Shown here: positions 22,223 to 32,514 of the stretch, in pieces
Position numbering within the stretch: the stretch's first letter is position 1
How the letters are laid out: the number at the start of each line of letters is the position of its first letter
Assembly: GCA_018830005.1 (NCBI GenBank)
Contig: JAHJTE010000001.1
Location: forward strand, 129,332 to 193,331
Direction: 5' to 3'
From: Candidatus Omnitrophota bacterium
GTDB lineage: Bacteria; Omnitrophota; Gorgyraeia; JAHJTE01
Length of the DNA: 64,000 nt
The notes under the pieces: model-generated
What the model saw: the letters and a program-made list of their open reading frames with translations, nothing else
Told to the model about the DNA's origin: nothing
Databases searched by the model: none
Made by a program: the position numbers and the translations under genes

Positions 22223-25200
22223 GTGATGAGTATGCAAATAAGGTCAAAACAAAAGAAAATATTTGGTTTCATAACAGCTTCTATTCTTGCCATTTTATTT
22301 CTTCCTTTAACTAATGCTTTCGCCTACACAGAGGCGGAGCTTTGTGTAAATCCAGATAAAGACCACTGCTTTTTTGTTGCTGAAGATGGTAGTGATACTA
22401 CAGGAGATGGCAGTCTCACCAAGCCCTACAGGACTTTAGCTCCTTTGTTCTCTGTTGGTGGAAACTATAGTGCAAAGCTTGATAAGGCAGATTCTCAGCT
22501 AAGGACTGTAGTAATGCGAGCAGGAGATTATCATCATGCTGGTACTGTTTATCTACGTCGTTCCAATGTAGTTTTAAAAAATTGGCCTGGAGAAAGGCCA
22601 AGAGTTTGGCTTGAAGGAGACAACAGTGCAAATACACATAGACTTACCCTAGGAGTGGGTTATTCTGGCTACAGTTGCGAAAATGTAACTGTTGAAGGCC
22701 TAGATATAGAAGGTGGCTATTCTTATGCCTTAAAGATTTATGAAAACACCAAGGATGTAACCATAAGAGGAAATAAAATACATGGCTCAGGATATGATGT
22801 AATAAAGATTGTTGGTTGCGGAGTGAGTGGGAACTTAGATTATGACAACTATTTATGTAATCAGAACGCACTTATTGAAGATAATGAGATTTATGATTCT
22901 GGACTTAAAAGCACTATCGGTGATGAGGGCATTGATGCCATGGGGACCTATAATACAATAGTGCGGCATAATTATTTCCATGATATTCAAGGATCAGGAC
23001 TTTATTTCAAGGGCCATTCTAAAGGTATTATAGTGGAAGAAAACTTTTTCTACAACACTGGAACTGGAGGGCTTGATCCGAATAACGTCAATGATACTTG
23101 GGGCGGATTATGGCTAGGGGATGACTCAATGCTTGCATATATCCCTGAGCCTCCCCACAATTATGAGATTGAAGATAGTATCGCCAGAAATAATATTATT
23201 GCAAATACTCAAGGCGATGCCTTACGAGTGATGTCTTGTAAAAATTGTTCTGTGTATAACAACACAGTTTATAACAAAAACAGAAAAGAATTTCCGCGGG
23301 GCTACTTGACTGATTATTCAGGTTCTTTTTCAATATTCAAGAATGCGAAGAAGTCCATTGATGGCATCTGGGCTGATGAGTTAAGGCTGCGCAATGCCGA
23401 GGTTTATTTTAGGAATAATATCGTAGTGGATTCTATAGAGCAAGGTTATGGAATCCAGTTACCCATAGTTGCGATTAACGGTCCTTTTTATAATGGTAGG
23501 AATTCTGACCATTTAAACATGAGAAATAATATCTACTATCGAAGAGATGGCGACTATCGATTTAGAAATTATAGCAGTGAGGAAGCAGTAACTGGTAGCA
23601 CTAGTATTGATGAGTGGCAACAGGTAAGCGCGTTGGATCAAAATTCAAAGATTGCCTCCAACCCAGGAACGCTTTTGCGAATAATGGCTGACGCAAGCCT
23701 ACCTGAAAATGACCCAAAGAGTTATTTACAGACAATTAATTCTGAAGCACTCACTTTAGACGCTGGTGCATACATTGATTTAAGTGTATCTCCATGGACA
23801 GAGTGGTTTCCGGAAACCTGCAGCGATGGCCAGACGCGAAGCTGTGTTACCACTCATAGCTGCGAAGGCCTACAGACTTGTAGCGGCAGCACTTGGAGTT
23901 CATGTCAGGATATAGTTGGGGATAGCTGTCCAGGTACATGCGTTGACAATGATAATGATGGTTATGGTAAACCTGCCTCATTTGCCTGTCAATTTCCTGA
24001 TTTAGATTGTAATGACAGTAATCCTAATGTCAATCCTGGTCATTTAGAAATCTGTGGCAATGGCGAAGATGATGATTGTCGAAGCGGCGATGAGGCTTGC
24101 AAGCAGTGTGTAACAGGAGATACTGTTTTTGGCCAGATTCATGCAAAAGGATGTATATGTGAAGGAGAACAAAGATATACAGGATATTGTTGTGAAGGTA
24201 ATATATATAATCCGTATACAGCTTGTGGCTATGAAGAATGCAGGCCGAATCAATTCTGTGTGACTAACTCTAACTGTTCGGGAACTTGTGATGCATTGGG
24301 TACGGCTTGTATAGATAATACAGCAGATAGTTGTCCTTCATTCATATTGCAGGATGGCCTGGATGGATATTCAGGAACTAAAGATACTTCTTTGTTGAGC
24401 ACCAAACCTACCAGCGTGTCTGGTTCCTCAGGTGCTCTAGGGCTTTGGACAGAGGGTTCGGCAGAGTATAAATTCGTGATAGAATTTGATATTTCATCGA
24501 TTCCTCAAGGGTCAAAAATAAAAGATTGCATTTTACAGATATATACGACTTCTTCTGAGCTTTCGCGTACTTCGAAAAAAAATATCTCGGCGCGCCGGAT
24601 CTTGAGGCCTTGGGTGGAATCTCAAGTAACTTGGAATAAAGCTAATTCTTCTACATATTGGGCCTTAGCCGGAGCAGATGCAGATGGACTCGATAGGAAT
24701 CTTACGCCTTTAGTTACTCACAATCCTACCAAGCCAGATCTTATTTTATATAGGATGACAGACACATGGGCTAGCTTTAATCTTTTAGAATCAGGTGATA
24801 ACATTGCTGAAAAATGGCTGGATGGGACATACCCTAATTATGGCCTCGTTTTTGAGATAGACACTCTTGATGCACGCGGTATGGGCTTTGCCTCGAAAGA
24901 AAATAGCCTAGGTCAGGAGTTTAAACCCAGACTTATCATAAATCTTGAAGGTCAAGGATCACTGCCTCCACCTCCTCCACCATTAAATCAGCCGCCGGTA
25001 TTAGACTCAATTGGCAATAGATCTATCAATGAAGGAGAAAGCCTTACCTTTAATATTTCAGCCACTGATCCAGATGGTGACACCCTAACTTACTCAGCCT
25101 CTAGTCTGCCCCAAGGAGCTATATTTATTAACCAGGCATTCAGTTGGAGGCCTGATTATGGACAGGCAGGAGAATATCTGGTTACTTTTAGCGTAAGCGA

Positions 25201-27730
25201 TGGTGCGGAAATTGATTCAGAAGATATAACAATAACTGTTAATAAGATAGATAACTCCCCACCAGCCATAACTATTACTTCACCCGGGGATAACGCAATA
25301 GTTTTTGAGAGCCCGATACAAGTGAGCGGTACAGTTAGCGATGCTCTAAGTTCTATAGCTAGTGTTAAGGTCAATGCAGAGGAAGTAGCGCTTTCAAATA
25401 GCAGCTTCTCAGCCTTGGTAGCCTTAGAACTAGGAGAGAATATAATTACTGTTACTGCTTCAGATGCTGCAAGCAATACAGCCGAAGTCTCTATTACTGT
25501 TACACTTGATACAGCGCCCACAGGCGGTATTACATTGACTGCTTCTGCAAGTCCTACTTCTGGCACCGCACCTTTGACTGTTGATTTCCAGGCTCAGGCC
25601 TCAAGTACTGAAGGCGCTATTGTAAGATACGAATGGGACTTGGAGGGCCATAATACATTTCGCATGAAGCAAGTGGTTTCCTCTCCAGATGTAAGTTATA
25701 TATATACTGCTGCTGGTTTATATGTGGCTACAGTCAAGGCGATTGATTCTGCTGGTAACTATGAGACATATTCATTTGCGATTAATGTGAACGCAAATCC
25801 TGATGCTCCAACTGTAGCACTTTCAGCAGATACAACAAGCGCAAGTACGCCTTTAAGGGTAAAATTCACTGCAAATGCTAAGGCCGCAAATACAATATCT
25901 AAATATGAATGGGATTTTGATGGCGACGGTGTATTTGAACTTAATAGTAGTAGATCATCTAAGGTTATCCATACCTATATAGTTGCTGGCGTCTATCAGG
26001 CGCGAATTAAGGTAACGGATAGTAAAGGTCTTTCTGCAGAAGACCAGGTTATAATTGATGCCCGAAGCATAAAAGGAACGCCTGAGTTTTCAATTGTAAC
26101 TGATAGGGTTTCTGGAAAGGTGCCTTTATTGGTTAATTTTACTGTTAACAAGGACAACGATTTTACTGCCTTAAAATATGAATGGGATTTTGATGGAGAT
26201 AAAGTAGTAGATTTGGTATCCAATAGTCCAGAAGGAGCATTCACTTATCGCAATGCTGGCACCTTTGATGTTGTTCTTAAGATTATCACTGATAAATCCA
26301 TCGCAGGCTTAGGATATAAACAGATAAAGATTAAAGGGCCTGAAAAAGACTCAGATGAAAGCGGTTCAACTGTCTTAAGCTCATTGTCTCTATCTCAGGC
26401 TACAGGCATTGCCCCTTTGCTGGTAACATTTGCAAATGCCAGTCAGAATTCAATAGAGAGCCTCTATGATTTTGACGGCGATGGCAGTTTTGATTTAAGT
26501 AGTAAGGCAGCCGAATTTAAGACGTACCTCTATAAGAATCCTGGGCTTTATACCCCATTATTAAGGGTATTGGGAACAGGTGGTGATGTAAGCTTTGCCA
26601 GTAGGATTATCTGGATAAATGATGCTGTTGCCAAGCCAATAATGACAGAACCTTCTAATGGCAAGACTCTAGCTGGAGATTCTATAGGGCTTGTTGCTGA
26701 TGCTCCTGTTGGCATAGATATCTTGAAATTAAGTTTCGAGTTTAAGGCATATAACGAGACTACTTGGCAGGAGGTGTCTAACTCCTTAACCGAATTTCCT
26801 TACAATCTAAAATGGGATGTTTCTGGTCTAGCGGATTCTAAGGAATACAATATTCGTGCCAAGGTAATTGACGCAGGAGGCGGAGAATACATATCTGATG
26901 CAATAACTATAACCTTGGATAATAATGACTCTAATCCTGATATAAGAGAGACAACAGCAAATGCACAGGGTGAATATACTAAGGAGGTCAAAATAAACAA
27001 AGAGGAAAATTACACAATTAGCCTCTGGGATGGTACTGTAATTATTGTTCCCCAGGGAGCTTTAGGTGCTGAAGATAAGCTAATCATGAATATCGCTGAT
27101 CCGGCATTAGTGCCTAATAAACTTGAAGGTCAAGACTTAGCAGATGCCAGACAGTATAAGAAATTTAGCCTTGAAAGCGGCAGATACCTTTTTGATAAAG
27201 ACCTTACACTAGTAATCCCTTACCCTGATCTTAATAATGATGGCATTGTGGACGGCACCTCTATTAATGTAGAGACGCTTAGTATCTATCAATTTAATGA
27301 AGCCAGCAATGTTTGGCAGAAGGTTAACAGTACGATTGACCTAATAGAGAAGACTGTGCGCGTAAAGATAAATCATTTTAGCTTGTTTGGTTTAGGAGGC
27401 CTTGGTGAGGACGGAGATGATGTTTCTTCTGATTCAGATTCACCTATTCTGCCTGTTTCTACTTCTGAAGGTGGCGGAGGAGGTAGTTGTTTTATTGCCA
27501 CAGCCGCCTTTGGCAGTCCGCTAGAAGAAGAAGTTAAGACACTTTCTGAATTCAGAGATAGATACTTGTTGAGCAATAGAGCTGGTGAGATGTTTGTAAG
27601 ATTCTATTATCAACATTCTCCGAAATTAGCAGAGTTTATTAAAGATAAGGAATCTTTAAAGGTAGCAATTAGATTATTCTTGAAACCACTTGTTAATCTA
27701 AGTAAATTTTTGCTAGAGGCAGGAGGATAG
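22223..27730 (+). CDS. 1835-aa secreted multidomain surface protein (beta-helix, Cys-rich metal-binding repeat, DNRLRE-like, Ig/PKD repeats, CFI-box-CTERM)
   Basis: Signal peptide; parallel beta-helix repeats; [26 protein letters not shown]; poly-Pro linker; [12 protein letters not shown] repeats; C-terminal [16 protein letters not shown]...FRD..L..FV.FYY.HSP. Confidence 0.85.
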   Translation: MMSMQIRSKQKKIFGFITASILAILFLPLTNAFAYTEAELCVNPDKDHCFFVAEDGSDTTGDGSLTKPYRTLAPLFSVGGNYSAKLDKADSQLRTVVMRAGDYHHAGTVYLRRSNVVLKNWPGERPRVWLEGDNSANTHRLTLGVGYSGYSCENVTVEGLDIEGGYSYALKIYENTKDVTIRGNKIHGSGYDVIKIVGCGVSGNLDYDNYLCNQNALIEDNEIYDSGLKSTIGDEGIDAMGTYNTIVRHNYFHDIQGSGLYFKGHSKGIIVEENFFYNTGTGGLDPNNVNDTWGGLWLGDDSMLAYIPEPPHNYEIEDSIARNNIIANTQGDALRVMSCKNCSVYNNTVYNKNRKEFPRGYLTDYSGSFSIFKNAKKSIDGIWADELRLRNAEVYFRNNIVVDSIEQGYGIQLPIVAINGPFYNGRNSDHLNMRNNIYYRRDGDYRFRNYSSEEAVTGSTSIDEWQQVSALDQNSKIASNPGTLLRIMADASLPENDPKSYLQTINSEALTLDAGAYIDLSVSPWTEWFPETCSDGQTRSCVTTHSCEGLQTCSGSTWSSCQDIVGDSCPGTCVDNDNDGYGKPASFACQFPDLDCNDSNPNVNPGHLEICGNGEDDDCRSGDEACKQCVTGDTVFGQIHAKGCICEGEQRYTGYCCEGNIYNPYTACGYEECRPNQFCVTNSNCSGTCDALGTACIDNTADSCPSFILQDGLDGYSGTKDTSLLSTKPTSVSGSSGALGLWTEGSAEYKFVIEFDISSIPQGSKIKDCILQIYTTSSELSRTSKKNISARRILRPWVESQVTWNKANSSTYWALAGADADGLDRNLTPLVTHNPTKPDLILYRMTDTWASFNLLESGDNIAEKWLDGTYPNYGLVFEIDTLDARGMGFASKENSLGQEFKPRLIINLEGQGSLPPPPPPLNQPPVLDSIGNRSINEGESLTFNISATDPDGDTLTYSASSLPQGAIFINQAFSWRPDYGQAGEYLVTFSVSDGAEIDSEDITITVNKIDNSPPAITITSPGDNAIVFESPIQVSGTVSDALSSIASVKVNAEEVALSNSSFSALVALELGENIITVTASDAASNTAEVSITVTLDTAPTGGITLTASASPTSGTAPLTVDFQAQASSTEGAIVRYEWDLEGHNTFRMKQVVSSPDVSYIYTAAGLYVATVKAIDSAGNYETYSFAINVNANPDAPTVALSADTTSASTPLRVKFTANAKAANTISKYEWDFDGDGVFELNSSRSSKVIHTYIVAGVYQARIKVTDSKGLSAEDQVIIDARSIKGTPEFSIVTDRVSGKVPLLVNFTVNKDNDFTALKYEWDFDGDKVVDLVSNSPEGAFTYRNAGTFDVVLKIITDKSIAGLGYKQIKIKGPEKDSDESGSTVLSSLSLSQATGIAPLLVTFANASQNSIESLYDFDGDGSFDLSSKAAEFKTYLYKNPGLYTPLLRVLGTGGDVSFASRIIWINDAVAKPIMTEPSNGKTLAGDSIGLVADAPVGIDILKLSFEFKAYNETTWQEVSNSLTEFPYNLKWDVSGLADSKEYNIRAKVIDAGGGEYISDAITITLDNNDSNPDIRETTANAQGEYTKEVKINKEENYTISLWDGTVIIVPQGALGAEDKLIMNIADPALVPNKLEGQDLADARQYKKFSLESGRYLFDKDLTLVIPYPDLNNDGIVDGTSINVETLSIYQFNEASNVWQKVNSTIDLIEKTVRVKINHFSLFGLGGLGEDGDDVSSDSDSPILPVSTSEGGGGGSCFIATAAFGSPLEEEVKTLSEFRDRYLLSNRAGEMFVRFYYQHSPKLAEFIKDKESLKVAIRLFLKPLVNLSKFLLEAGG

Positions 27731-27732
27731 TC

Positions 27733-28440
27733 ATGATTATCAAAAGAACAAAGATGATTATTGCTATGACCCTGGGGTTTATATTTGCAATCAACATTTC
27801 CTGCTATGCCACTGATTTTGAAAAGAATCAGATATTGAATTCTCGCCATATCTTGATTGGTACGATTGTCAAGGATAATCCTAGAGACTCCTTGGCAATC
27901 ATTAGAGATAGCACGAATGATAAAGATGCAAGTTACAAGGTTGGCCAAATTCTTGATGGATATTACATTGTTAGAATAAAACGGGCAGAGGTAGAACTTT
28001 TAAGGCAAGGAAAGATTTCCTCCTTAAGGCTGCCCTTAGGAGGCGGCGCTGAATTCATCACAATCGTTTCTGGAAACGAACGCATTGTTAACCGCACTGC
28101 TTTAAATGAGCGCTATAAGAATCTGAACGAAGTTTTTGGCGCTGGTATTGTGTTTCCTCACATTGAAAAGGGCAAGTTAGCAGGATTAAAGATTGTGCGT
28201 ATCAATGATGAAGAGCTTGCTAAGGCAACTGGCGTGAGCGAAGGTGATATAGTTATTTCGGTCAATAACCAGAAATTGACAGGTGTAAAACAAGCCTTAG
28301 ATGTTTATAATAAATTAAGAAATGAAGAAGAGATAGAGTTAGAGCTAAAGCGCAACGGAAAGTTGCATAAGTATAGTTATTATATGAATTGGGAAGAAGG
28401 AGGCAAGATACCAAGGCTGCTCAAAGAGCAGAAGTTATAA
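27733..28440 (+). CDS. GspC-like protein (HR domain plus PDZ)
   Basis: LIGTIV...AII...YKVGQ HR domain; GLKI...GVSEGDIVISVN PDZ domain. Confidence 0.75.
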   Translation: MIIKRTKMIIAMTLGFIFAINISCYATDFEKNQILNSRHILIGTIVKDNPRDSLAIIRDSTNDKDASYKVGQILDGYYIVRIKRAEVELLRQGKISSLRLPLGGGAEFITIVSGNERIVNRTALNERYKNLNEVFGAGIVFPHIEKGKLAGLKIVRINDEELAKATGVSEGDIVISVNNQKLTGVKQALDVYNKLRNEEEIELELKRNGKLHKYSYYMNWEEGGKIPRLLKEQKL

Positions 28441-28465
28441 TAATCTTTATTAAGGCTAAGATTAA

Positions 28466-28595
28466 ATCTTGAAAAAGGCGAACTCTGGTGAAAGCCAGAG
28501 GGCATCCCGGAAGGGATCTTCCTAAGGGAAGGCAAAGCCATAAGGCCTAAAGTCCCCTAGATGTTTTAGGGACATGGCAGCTGGGTTACCAAGAT
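28466..28595 (+). ncRNA. c-di-GMP-I riboswitch variant with two-hairpin insertion
   Basis: P1 ATCTTG/CAAGAT, GGCGAA-CTCTGGT-GAAA-GCCAGAG, 28-nt insert, GCAAAGCC, CCTAAA/CATGG, GGGTTACC. Confidence 0.85.
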
Positions 28596-28621
28596 ATAAA
28601 CTATTTATAGAATATTATTTG

Positions 28622-28656
28622 CCCCAAGCTGTCCTTTTAGGCTTGGGGATTTTTTT
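28622..28656 (+). terminator. Intrinsic terminator of riboswitch 2
   Basis: CCCCAAGC...GCTTGGGG followed by A and T7. Confidence 0.85.
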
Positions 28657-28690
28657 GAAGTATAATTGATGAAAAGTGGGGTGATTGAAG

Positions 28691-28939
28691 ATGGACGCTA
28701 AAAGAAAAGCACTAAAACAAAAGGTAGTTACCTTCCTAAACCGCGAGGAGATAGACTTCTTAGACAAGCTAGGAAAAGACGCCTGGTTTTCAACAGGGAT
28801 GAAACTTTCTCGCACCCAGATAATCGAGGCATTGGTTAACTTGATGATGGAGATGGGTGTTGGAGGTAAAGGCGTTGATTCTAAAGAAGAGTTAAAGCAA
28901 CATATCCTCAAGGCCTTAGAGCGGTTCGAAGGGCAATAG
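28691..28939 (+). CDS. Small ribbon-helix-helix-like DNA-binding protein
   Basis: Beta strand KVVTFL, helix REEIDFLDKL, turn G, helix SRTQIIEALV. Confidence 0.6.
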   Translation: MDAKRKALKQKVVTFLNREEIDFLDKLGKDAWFSTGMKLSRTQIIEALVNLMMEMGVGGKGVDSKEELKQHILKALERFEGQ

Positions 28940-28971
28940 ATAAATAGAGAATAGATAGGAGAAGACCTAGA

Positions 28972-30579
28972 ATGAAAAAGACAAGGTTATTTATATTAGT
29001 ATGTTTGATATGCATTTCTTGGACAGCTCGACTATCTGCTATTGATTTGACTCTAGACGTAAAAACAGATAGCCAAGTGGCAGGGCAGACGCAACCTTAC
29101 GGCTATGTCAAGATAGAAGGTAGAAAGCTTTTAGTAGATTTTGATAAAGACGGAATATATGAACTATATTTTATTAAGGGTGTTGGCTATAGTCCTTATC
29201 CAATAGGCAGACAGCCTACTGAGTGGAATAAACCCAATATATTTAATGATAGCCAAATTCTTCATCGTGATTTTTCCCTGTTACAAGCAATGAATTGTAA
29301 CACTATTCGTATCTGGAAAGGAGATGATACTGAAGAAGATAATGGCAAATTTCCTTGTAAGATCACCAGGACTTTTAATCCAGAAAACCCAGGAACGCTT
29401 GATATTGCAGATGAATACGGTATCAAGGTCATAGCGGGATTTTGGATCCAGACGCAACAGCCGCGCTGTGAGGATGGGAAGGTAATATATGATGAATTAG
29501 CTTTTCTTACTGAGGGCAGCCTTGAACAAGATGATTTGTTATCTAGATTCCGAGCCTATGTTAATAAATTTAAATGGGATCCTGCTATTCTCTTTTGGGC
29601 TATCGGTAACGAAAACAACTTTCATATACCGCCGGATAGATTGCATGAGTGGTATGCGTTCGTAGATAAGATGGCTGAGATTGCTCATGAGGTTGAAGAT
29701 CCTGATAACTTTGGTTATTATCATCCAGTTGCAGTTGTTAACGGAGATATCATGTTTGATAAAGATACTGTTGTTATTGGAAATTATGATTTTGGAACGA
29801 CAGATGCACAGATGAGCCATTTGGATATTTGGGGAGCGAACGTCTATAGAGGGGATTCTTTTGGTGAGCTGTTCTCTGATTTTGCAGCTAACTCAGATAA
29901 ACCAATTTGGATAGCTGAATACGGCGTAGATGCCTGGCATGTTGATGACTGGCAGGATGAGCAGCCTGGGATTGGTTTTGAAAATCAGGATATCCAAGCT
30001 CAATGGGTTGGTAAGCTTTGGGATGAGATTGCTGCTAATTCATCAGTTGCCAAGTGTGGGATAAGCATAGGAGCAACAGTTATGGAATATTCAGATGAGT
30101 GGTGGAAGCCGATTGAATGGGAAGAATCAGGTATCCATGATTACGATGGCGTTGGCCCTACTGATACTGACTGTCCTCCTGATCCTCTTGATGATGAAGA
30201 AAGAATTGATTGGTGGCCTGCTAGTCCGGATAATTTTTTTAATTCTGAATGGTGGGGGATTATGGCTATTAGCCGTCCATACCCTGATGATGGGGGGCCA
30301 GATATTATGACACCTCGTTTAGTGTATTACACTTTACAAGATAAATTTGCAGATGAACAACCACATCTTTTCCTCTGCGGTGATGCTAATGCAGATTGTA
30401 GCCTCAATATAGGAGATCCTGTTTATTTGATTAATTATAGTTTTAAGGGCGGCCCAGCACCTGAACCTCTGGAGGCAGGCGATGCCAATGGAGACGGTAG
30501 TGTTAATATAGGTGATGCTGTTTATCTGCTTCACTACATCTTCAAGGGCGGCCCAGCACCGGTGTGCGTAGGAAACTAA
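28972..30579 (+). CDS. Secreted clan GH-A (GH2-like TIM barrel) glycoside hydrolase with C-terminal dockerin-like duplicated EF-hand
   Basis: Signal peptide; WAIGNE acid/base and IAEYG nucleophile; two GDAN.D...NIGD.VYL..Y.FKGGPAP repeats. Confidence 0.85.
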   Translation: MKKTRLFILVCLICISWTARLSAIDLTLDVKTDSQVAGQTQPYGYVKIEGRKLLVDFDKDGIYELYFIKGVGYSPYPIGRQPTEWNKPNIFNDSQILHRDFSLLQAMNCNTIRIWKGDDTEEDNGKFPCKITRTFNPENPGTLDIADEYGIKVIAGFWIQTQQPRCEDGKVIYDELAFLTEGSLEQDDLLSRFRAYVNKFKWDPAILFWAIGNENNFHIPPDRLHEWYAFVDKMAEIAHEVEDPDNFGYYHPVAVVNGDIMFDKDTVVIGNYDFGTTDAQMSHLDIWGANVYRGDSFGELFSDFAANSDKPIWIAEYGVDAWHVDDWQDEQPGIGFENQDIQAQWVGKLWDEIAANSSVAKCGISIGATVMEYSDEWWKPIEWEESGIHDYDGVGPTDTDCPPDPLDDEERIDWWPASPDNFFNSEWWGIMAISRPYPDDGGPDIMTPRLVYYTLQDKFADEQPHLFLCGDANADCSLNIGDPVYLINYSFKGGPAPEPLEAGDANGDGSVNIGDAVYLLHYIFKGGPAPVCVGN

Positions 30580-30592
30580 TAGATTATAATGA

Positions 30593-30707
30593 ATTCTCTC
30601 CACCAGCCATGGAGGAGAATAAGGCCCTGTTGGATTTATCTGACAGGGCCTTCTCCGTTAGGGGCTAGATTTGCCCCGTTAGGTAACAAACATTTAACGG
30701 GGTTTAC
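30593..30707. repeat. Cluster of REP-like palindromes (CCCCGTTAG...YTAACGGGG family)
   Basis: Hairpins AAGGCCCTGTTGGA/TCTGACAGGGCCTT and CCCCGTTAG/TTAACGGGG, plus an extra CTCCGTTAG half-site. Confidence 0.6.
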
Positions 30708-30758
30708 TTTTTGCGTTTTAGGTTGTATAATTTACATTGAAATTAAAAGGAGTACAGA

Positions 30759-32474
30759 GTGCCTCTACGCGATTCCACAAAAACAATCGGTCAGATTCTT
30801 GTAGCTGAGAAGATAGTTACTGCAGAGGAGTTAGAGGTTGCCCTGCGGGAACAGAGAAAAACCAGCGGTTATCTTTGCCAGATAATTGTAAATTTAGGAT
30901 TTGCAAAAGAGGAAGAGATTTTTCCTATTCTAGCCAATCAGTTAGGCATACCCTATATCCGCATCAAAAACATAAATATTGCTCCTGAGGTAATAAAGAA
31001 GGTTCCGGCAAAATTTGTTTCCCATTATAAGTTGATGCCCATTTCTATGGTAGGTAATAAATTGACCATTGCTATGAGTGACCCCTTGGATTTGCATACC
31101 CTTGATGATATCCGTCTTTTTTTAGGCGTAGAAGTGGTTCCTGTATTAGCAGGCGATAACGATATTGCAGAATCAATCAGAAAATATTACGGCATAGGCG
31201 CAGAAACTGTTGATAGGATTGTTAAAGAGACTTCTCCCCAGACAAAGAAGCCAATTTCAACCAAGGCCGATATCGAGGACCTGGAGGCAATGGCAGAAGA
31301 TGCCTCAATTGTCAAATTTGTAAATCAGCTGCTTGTTCAGGCCCTTAAGGACAGGGCTACTGATGTTCATATTGAGCCTTTCGAAGATGAATTGCGTGTG
31401 CGTTTTAGAATCGATGGTGTTCTCTATGCAATCAACATTCCTTCTAATCTGCGCTATCTACATGCCTCCATTGTCTCGCGCGTTAAGATTATGTCTAATT
31501 TAGATATTGCTGAGAGACGGCTTCCTCAAGACGGCCGGATTAAAGTGAAGATCGGTAAATATCAACTGGACCTGCGTGTTTCCATAATACCTTCTAATTT
31601 TGGAGAATCAGTACATATTAGAATCTTAAGTCCAGAATCATTTTTGGAGTTAGGGAAGTTAGGCCTACTTGAAAAGGACCTTAAGATAATTGAGCAAGCG
31701 ATTAAGACATCCCACGGTATAATCTTTGTTACCGGCCCGACTGGAAGCGGTAAGACTACTACGCTTTATGCGGGCCTAGCTAAGATAAACAAGAGCCCCT
31801 TAAAGATAATTACCATTGAGGATCCAATTGAATATCAACTTAAAGGTGTTATTCAACTTCAAGTGCAGCCCAAAATCGGTTTTGATTTTGCCCAAGGATT
31901 GCGCTCTATGTTGCGTCATGACCCGGATGTTATGATGGTAGGAGAGGTGCGTGATTTTGATACTGCAGAGATTGCAATCCGAGCTGCCTTAACTGGCCAC
32001 CTTGTATTTTCAACTCTGCATACAAATGATGCCTCTGGTGCAGTAACGCGGCTTCTGGATATGGGCGTTGAACCGTTTTTAATCTCTTCCAGTATAGAGT
32101 GTTTGATTGCCCAGCGCTTGGTGAGAGTGATATGCCCTAAGTGTAAAAACAAGCAGAAGATGAGCAAGGCTGCCCTTAAGGAATTGGGATTTCGCATTGA
32201 AGAGAATGAAGTCTTGACATATAAAGGCAAAGGCTGTTCTGATTGTCGTATGACAGGTTTTCGCGGAAGAACCGGGATATATGAGATTTTATTAGTAAGG
32301 GAACCTATACGCGAGCTCATCTTAAGTCGCGCCTCAAGTCAGCAGATAAAAAAGAAGGCCATAGATTTAGGCATGCTTACTTTAAGGCAGGATGGCTGGC
32401 AGAAGGTCTTAGAAGGGATTACTACAATAGATGAGGTCATCCGCCTAACGCAGCAGGAAGAATTACCAGTATAG
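30759..32474 (+). CDS. gspE: Type II secretion/T4P assembly ATPase with MshEN-like N-terminus
   Basis: GPTGSGKTTTLY, TIEDPIE, GEVRD, STLHTN and tetra-Cys zinc motif. Confidence 0.92.
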   Translation: MPLRDSTKTIGQILVAEKIVTAEELEVALREQRKTSGYLCQIIVNLGFAKEEEIFPILANQLGIPYIRIKNINIAPEVIKKVPAKFVSHYKLMPISMVGNKLTIAMSDPLDLHTLDDIRLFLGVEVVPVLAGDNDIAESIRKYYGIGAETVDRIVKETSPQTKKPISTKADIEDLEAMAEDASIVKFVNQLLVQALKDRATDVHIEPFEDELRVRFRIDGVLYAINIPSNLRYLHASIVSRVKIMSNLDIAERRLPQDGRIKVKIGKYQLDLRVSIIPSNFGESVHIRILSPESFLELGKLGLLEKDLKIIEQAIKTSHGIIFVTGPTGSGKTTTLYAGLAKINKSPLKIITIEDPIEYQLKGVIQLQVQPKIGFDFAQGLRSMLRHDPDVMMVGEVRDFDTAEIAIRAALTGHLVFSTLHTNDASGAVTRLLDMGVEPFLISSSIECLIAQRLVRVICPKCKNKQKMSKAALKELGFRIEENEVLTYKGKGCSDCRMTGFRGRTGIYEILLVREPIRELILSRASSQQIKKKAIDLGMLTLRQDGWQKVLEGITTIDEVIRLTQQEELPV

Positions 32475-32514
32475 GATGAGTTAATAGTCTTAGATCTTTA
32501 GACTACTTAAGATT

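Noticed and set aside
30589-30804. 71-aa ORF upstream of gspE
   Set aside because: Runs through the palindromic repeats and the gspE promoter; no SD or recognisable domain
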